64,000 nucleotides of DNA from Balamuthia mandrillaris (taxonomy: Eukaryota). Shown here piece by piece: positions 60,208 through 64,000 of this stretch. The position numbers were made by a program, and so were the translations under genes. The stretch spans positions 1 through 64,000 of the forward strand of contig JAVKOQ020000016.1 in the NCBI GenBank assembly GCA_031835245.2, written 5' to 3'. Every line of letters starts with the position of its first letter. Positions within the stretch are counted from its first letter, which is position 1. The notes under the pieces are model-generated. The model ran no database searches and had not been told where the DNA came from. It saw nothing but the letters and a program-made list of their open reading frames with translations.

Positions 60208-63200
60208 ATGACACAAAAACAAAAGATGAAAGAAGAGAAGAAAGAGGATGAGACGACCAACGTCATCTCCTCTGCTTCCGGTACGGTGACGGACCAAAGA
60301 GACAGGCAAAACGGGATACCCACCCAAGGTTCTTCACTCACCTTTTAAATTTTTGTTTGCTTTTTGCGTGTGGAGCGCTCTGCTAATCCATTTTTTTTTT
60401 CTTCCCATCAAAGAACTCTTTTTCCTCGTTTTGCGTTTTCTGCAGTCGTCCTCGTTGACCCGCTCGGCAGAGGTCTTGTTCGAGGAGTTGCTCTCTTGCA
60501 GCGAGGATGCTCTTCCTCGCAGCTTCGACTGGCAGGGCCGCCCTCGCTCGCTCTCTCTTTCCTCTTTGGTAAAAACTCTTTTTCTTCTCTCTCCTGCTTG
60601 CCTTCCCTGCTTCTCTGCTTCTCTTGTGCTTCTCTCTTGCTCTCTCCCTCTCCCTCCTTTGTTCTCTGTTTCGCTCTCTCATTCTCTTCTCTGTTTCTCT
60701 CATTTTCGTTCTCTGCTTCTCTTCGTCGTTCTCTTCTCTTCGTCGTTCTCTTCGTCGTTCTCTTCGTCGTTCTCTTCTCTTCGTCGTTCTCTTCGTCGTT
60801 CTCTTCTCTTCTCTTCGTCGTTCTCTTCTCTTCTCTTCGTCGTTCTCTTCTCTTCGTCGTTCTCTTCGTCGTTCTCTTCTCTTCTCTTCGTCGTTCTCTT
60901 CTCTTCTCTTCTCTCTTCGTCGTTCTCTTCTCTTCTCTTCTTCTTCTCTTCTTCTTCTTCTTCTCTTCTTCTTCTCTTCTTCTTCTTCTTCTTCTCTTCT
61001 CTTCTCTTCTCTTCTCTTCTCTTCTCTTCTCTTCTCTTCTCTTCTCTTCTCTTCTCTTCTCTTCTCTTCTCTTCTCTTCTCTTTTCTTCTCTTCCCGTTT
61101 CTTACACTGGGCTCTGTCCCTTTTCTCCATTCGTCCATTCCAAAGGCAGCTTTACACCCTCATATCGAAGGCCATCACTTGAGTCTATTGCTAGAACGGT
61201 TATTGCACCTTTCTCATGAAGTTGCACCACCACCTCTTCAAGTTTCCACACTTTTAGGCACTGATGATTTTAGCCTTGTTCCTGCTTCAGCTTCTTCCTC
61301 CTCTTCTTCTGCATCTTCTGCTGCTTCTGCTCCTTCCTCTTCGCCATCGTCTTCGTCTCTTTCACGGCTCTGTCCTGCCACTTTGTTGTGCCATGCAAAA
61401 CTGCCGCTTCGTCGTCGGCAACTGCCTTCTATATCTTATGGTACTGCTCTTCTCTTATTTGTCTTCATTAAGCATCCTTCTTCGTTCTGCTTTCTGGTTT
61501 CTTTGAACTTCCTTCTTTATTCTCACTTTATTTCAAATTTCTGTTTAGTACATGCTGCTCGCCAGTTCCAACTGCAAACCCTTCCGTCTTGCTTCTCCTC
61601 TCCCTCCTCCACTTCCTCCGCTTTCGCCCTGCACCCCTCCTTTCTTTCCATCTACTCCAACTCCTACAAAGAGCTCAAACGAATGAGAGGTCACGTCTGC
61701 GCTGTTTACTGCGTCGAGTTTGATCGCGCTGGCCTTCGCATGTTCACTGGCTCGGACGACCATCTCGTCAAAGTGTGGTCTGTTGTGACGGGACGTTTGG
61801 TGCACACCCTAAGGGGCCACACCGGGGACATCACCGATCTCAGCGTAGACCCTGAGAATAGCTACATTGCCTCTGGCTCCAACGATAAGATCATTCGAGT
61901 GTGGTCTTTGAAGGACTACAGTCCTGTGGCTGTGCTTTGTGGCCACACCGATGCGGTCACCACCATTGCGTTCTCTCCGCTTGAATCTTCCGCTTCACCG
62001 TCATCATCATCACCTTCTTCTTTTCGTTCTTCTTGTGGCTTGACTCAAAAAGAGAAAGAGGAAAAAGAGACGCAAAGAAGCAGAGGAATAGTGTTGCTAT
62101 CTACTTCTTTGGATGGAACGGCGCGAGTGTGGTATGTTCATGAATCGGATGAACTCAATACCGCCATTCGCAGAGAAAGACAACGACAACGAGAGCAGCT
62201 ATCTCTTGGAGATTCTTCATCTTCTGCTCCTTCTTCCTCTACAAGCGAAGTACAACCAATGGACCTTTTGATGGAAGCTCAACAACAAGCCCAGAGACAT
62301 GCAGAGGCATTGATCGAAGCTCGAAACGAACAGGCCGAACAACAACAGCAAGGAAGAGATGATAATGGAGGCGGATCTGTAACCAGCATAACTGGATCAG
62401 ATGGTTACGTTCAGCCTCGGTGTGCTGTGTTTCGGCATCCTACTCCTGGCAGCGAGATTCTCTGCTCCTCTTTCCATCGGTATTCTATTTTGTGCTACTT
62501 TCTTTCTTGTCGTTCCTTCCTTCCTTCCTTCCTTCCTTCCTTCCTTCCTTCCTTCCTTCCTTCCTTCCTTCCTTCCTTCCTTCCTTCCTTCCTTCCTTCC
62601 TTCCTTCCTTCCTTCCTTCCTTCCTTCCTTCCTTCCTTCCTTCCTTCCTTCCTTCCTTCCTTCCTTCCTTCCTTCCTTCCATTCCTTCCTTCCTTCCTTC
62701 CATTCCTTCCTTCCTTCCTTCCTTCCTTCCATTCCTTCCTTCCTTCCTTCCTTCCTTCCTTCCTTCCTTCCTTCCTTCCTTCCTTCCTTCCTTCCTTCCA
62801 ATTCTTTTCCTCACATTGGTGGTTCTTGTAGAGATTGTAAACAGTTTGCAACAGGATGTACAGATGGTTTTGTTAGAGTTTGGTGGATAGAGCCGCCGAG
62901 CATCGCCTTTCATCTCTCTGGTCACACCAATGCTGTGCATTGTGTGCTCTATTCCAATGCTGGCGATCACTTACTCTCTGCGTACGTTCTTTCTTGTCTT
63001 TTCTTTCTTGTCGTTTCTTTCTTTCTGTTCATTTTTTGTGACGTAATGGACATCTTTAGGTCTTGGGATGGCACAGCAAGAGTATGGACGTGCGATGACG
63101 GCTCCTTTGTAGAGTGTACGTACACGCCGCTTCGCTTTTTACATAGCTGCATTTCTTACTCCGTCATTTCTTTGTTCCTTTTTGCAAAACTTTCTGTCTT

Positions 63201-64000
63201 CACGACTATTAATCGATAATTCCTTACTTTAGTACACTTTCAGCCGCCTTCTTCCTCCTCCTCATCTTCTTCATCTTCGCAACAATCACAACCTCAACAA
63301 CCTTTAGCCGATCTCCCCTCGACAATAGCAACATCCGAAGATGATGTCATGGTCATCGACACCGCTTCATCAACACGAGAACAACAAACACAAGAACAAG
63401 AAAGTAATCGACGCATGCTTCGACCTCGTCGTAGTCGTCGAGGAGCCAACAACTCTTCGTCTGCTTCTTCTTCCGCTTCTTCCAACACTACTCCACAACA
63501 ACAGCAAGCAGTTATCTTTGTGACCATGGCTCTTTGGAGTTTGGATGATCGTTTCGTGGTTACTGCTCTCTCTGACTTTACCATTCGCATTTGGAATGCG
63601 AGAACGGGAGAGTTGCTTCACACGTTGAAGGATCATTCCAACTATGTCTACATCTTGGATAAGCATCCTAATGACCCACGCTTGTTTTTGAGCGCTGGTT
63701 ATGATGGATTGGTTATTCTTTGGGACATGAGAGAAGGAAAACCTATCAAAAGTTTGTCTCTTAATTTCCTCCTTTTGATTTTCATCCACATGTTGCTGAT
63801 CATCTGCTTTCAACTACAGTTCATAAAAACTCCAACAATCAGCTTTATGATGGTCGCTTTGCTCAAGATGGTATACATTCTCTTCCTTCTCCTCTGCTAA
63901 AACGGTTCCTTCTTACATTTGAAAAAAACTTGAAACGTAAACAAAAAAATAGGATCTCATTTTGCAGTTTCCGATCATGAGGGCCATCTCACCCTCTATG
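60208..64000 (+). CDS. PHIP/BRWD-like WD40-repeat protein, 3' partial
   Basis: [20 protein letters not shown]-terminal block, [38 protein letters not shown] and [15 protein letters not shown]; runs off the window. Start is 60208 or 60226. Confidence 0.85.
62512..62800. repeat. (TTCC)n tetranucleotide microsatellite, intronic
   Basis: About 290 bp near-perfect array; the same unit occurs at about 23720-23775 on the other strand. Confidence 0.95.

Noticed and set aside
1..64000. tRNA, rRNA, transposase or reverse transcriptase genes
   Set aside because: None recognised by eye; tRNAscan-SE, Infernal and RepeatModeler would be needed to exclude them.

Overview
Gene-dense eukaryotic genomic DNA, not prokaryotic. 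It holds about 27 protein-coding genes, mostly split by short GT-AG introns filled with pyrimidine-rich microsatellites on the sense strand. These repeats generate most of the spurious low-complexity ORFs in the track. Gene content and style (TKL kinases, F-box plus 'HLEVLQWARENGCPWD' ankyrin genes, trpD, Deg protease) suggest a free-living amoebozoan of the Acanthamoeba/Balamuthia type; this is inference. Recognisable genes: HDAC (5' partial), PAK kinase, PPR protein, trpD, BCAT, two F-box/ankyrin genes, acid sphingomyelinase, GH18 chitinase, IQ-DH-PH RhoGEF, SAM methyltransferase, Deg protease, glucose-6-phosphate 1-epimerase, Nup58-like nucleoporin, PTEN-like phosphatase, proteasome beta5, RPS2, two head-to-head TKL kinase paralogues and a PHIP/BRWD-like WD40 gene (3' partial). 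Most notable: a full-length p101/p84 (PI3K-gamma adaptor)-like gene, an EF-hand protein fused to an atypical C-terminal Ras domain, a linker-histone H15-vWA fusion, a possible Kip/KRP-like CDK inhibitor, a spliced 104-aa gene missed by the ORF track, and a recurrent GTCGAC motif near gene starts. Gene models were assembled by eye and family calls rest on recalled motifs; no searches were run.
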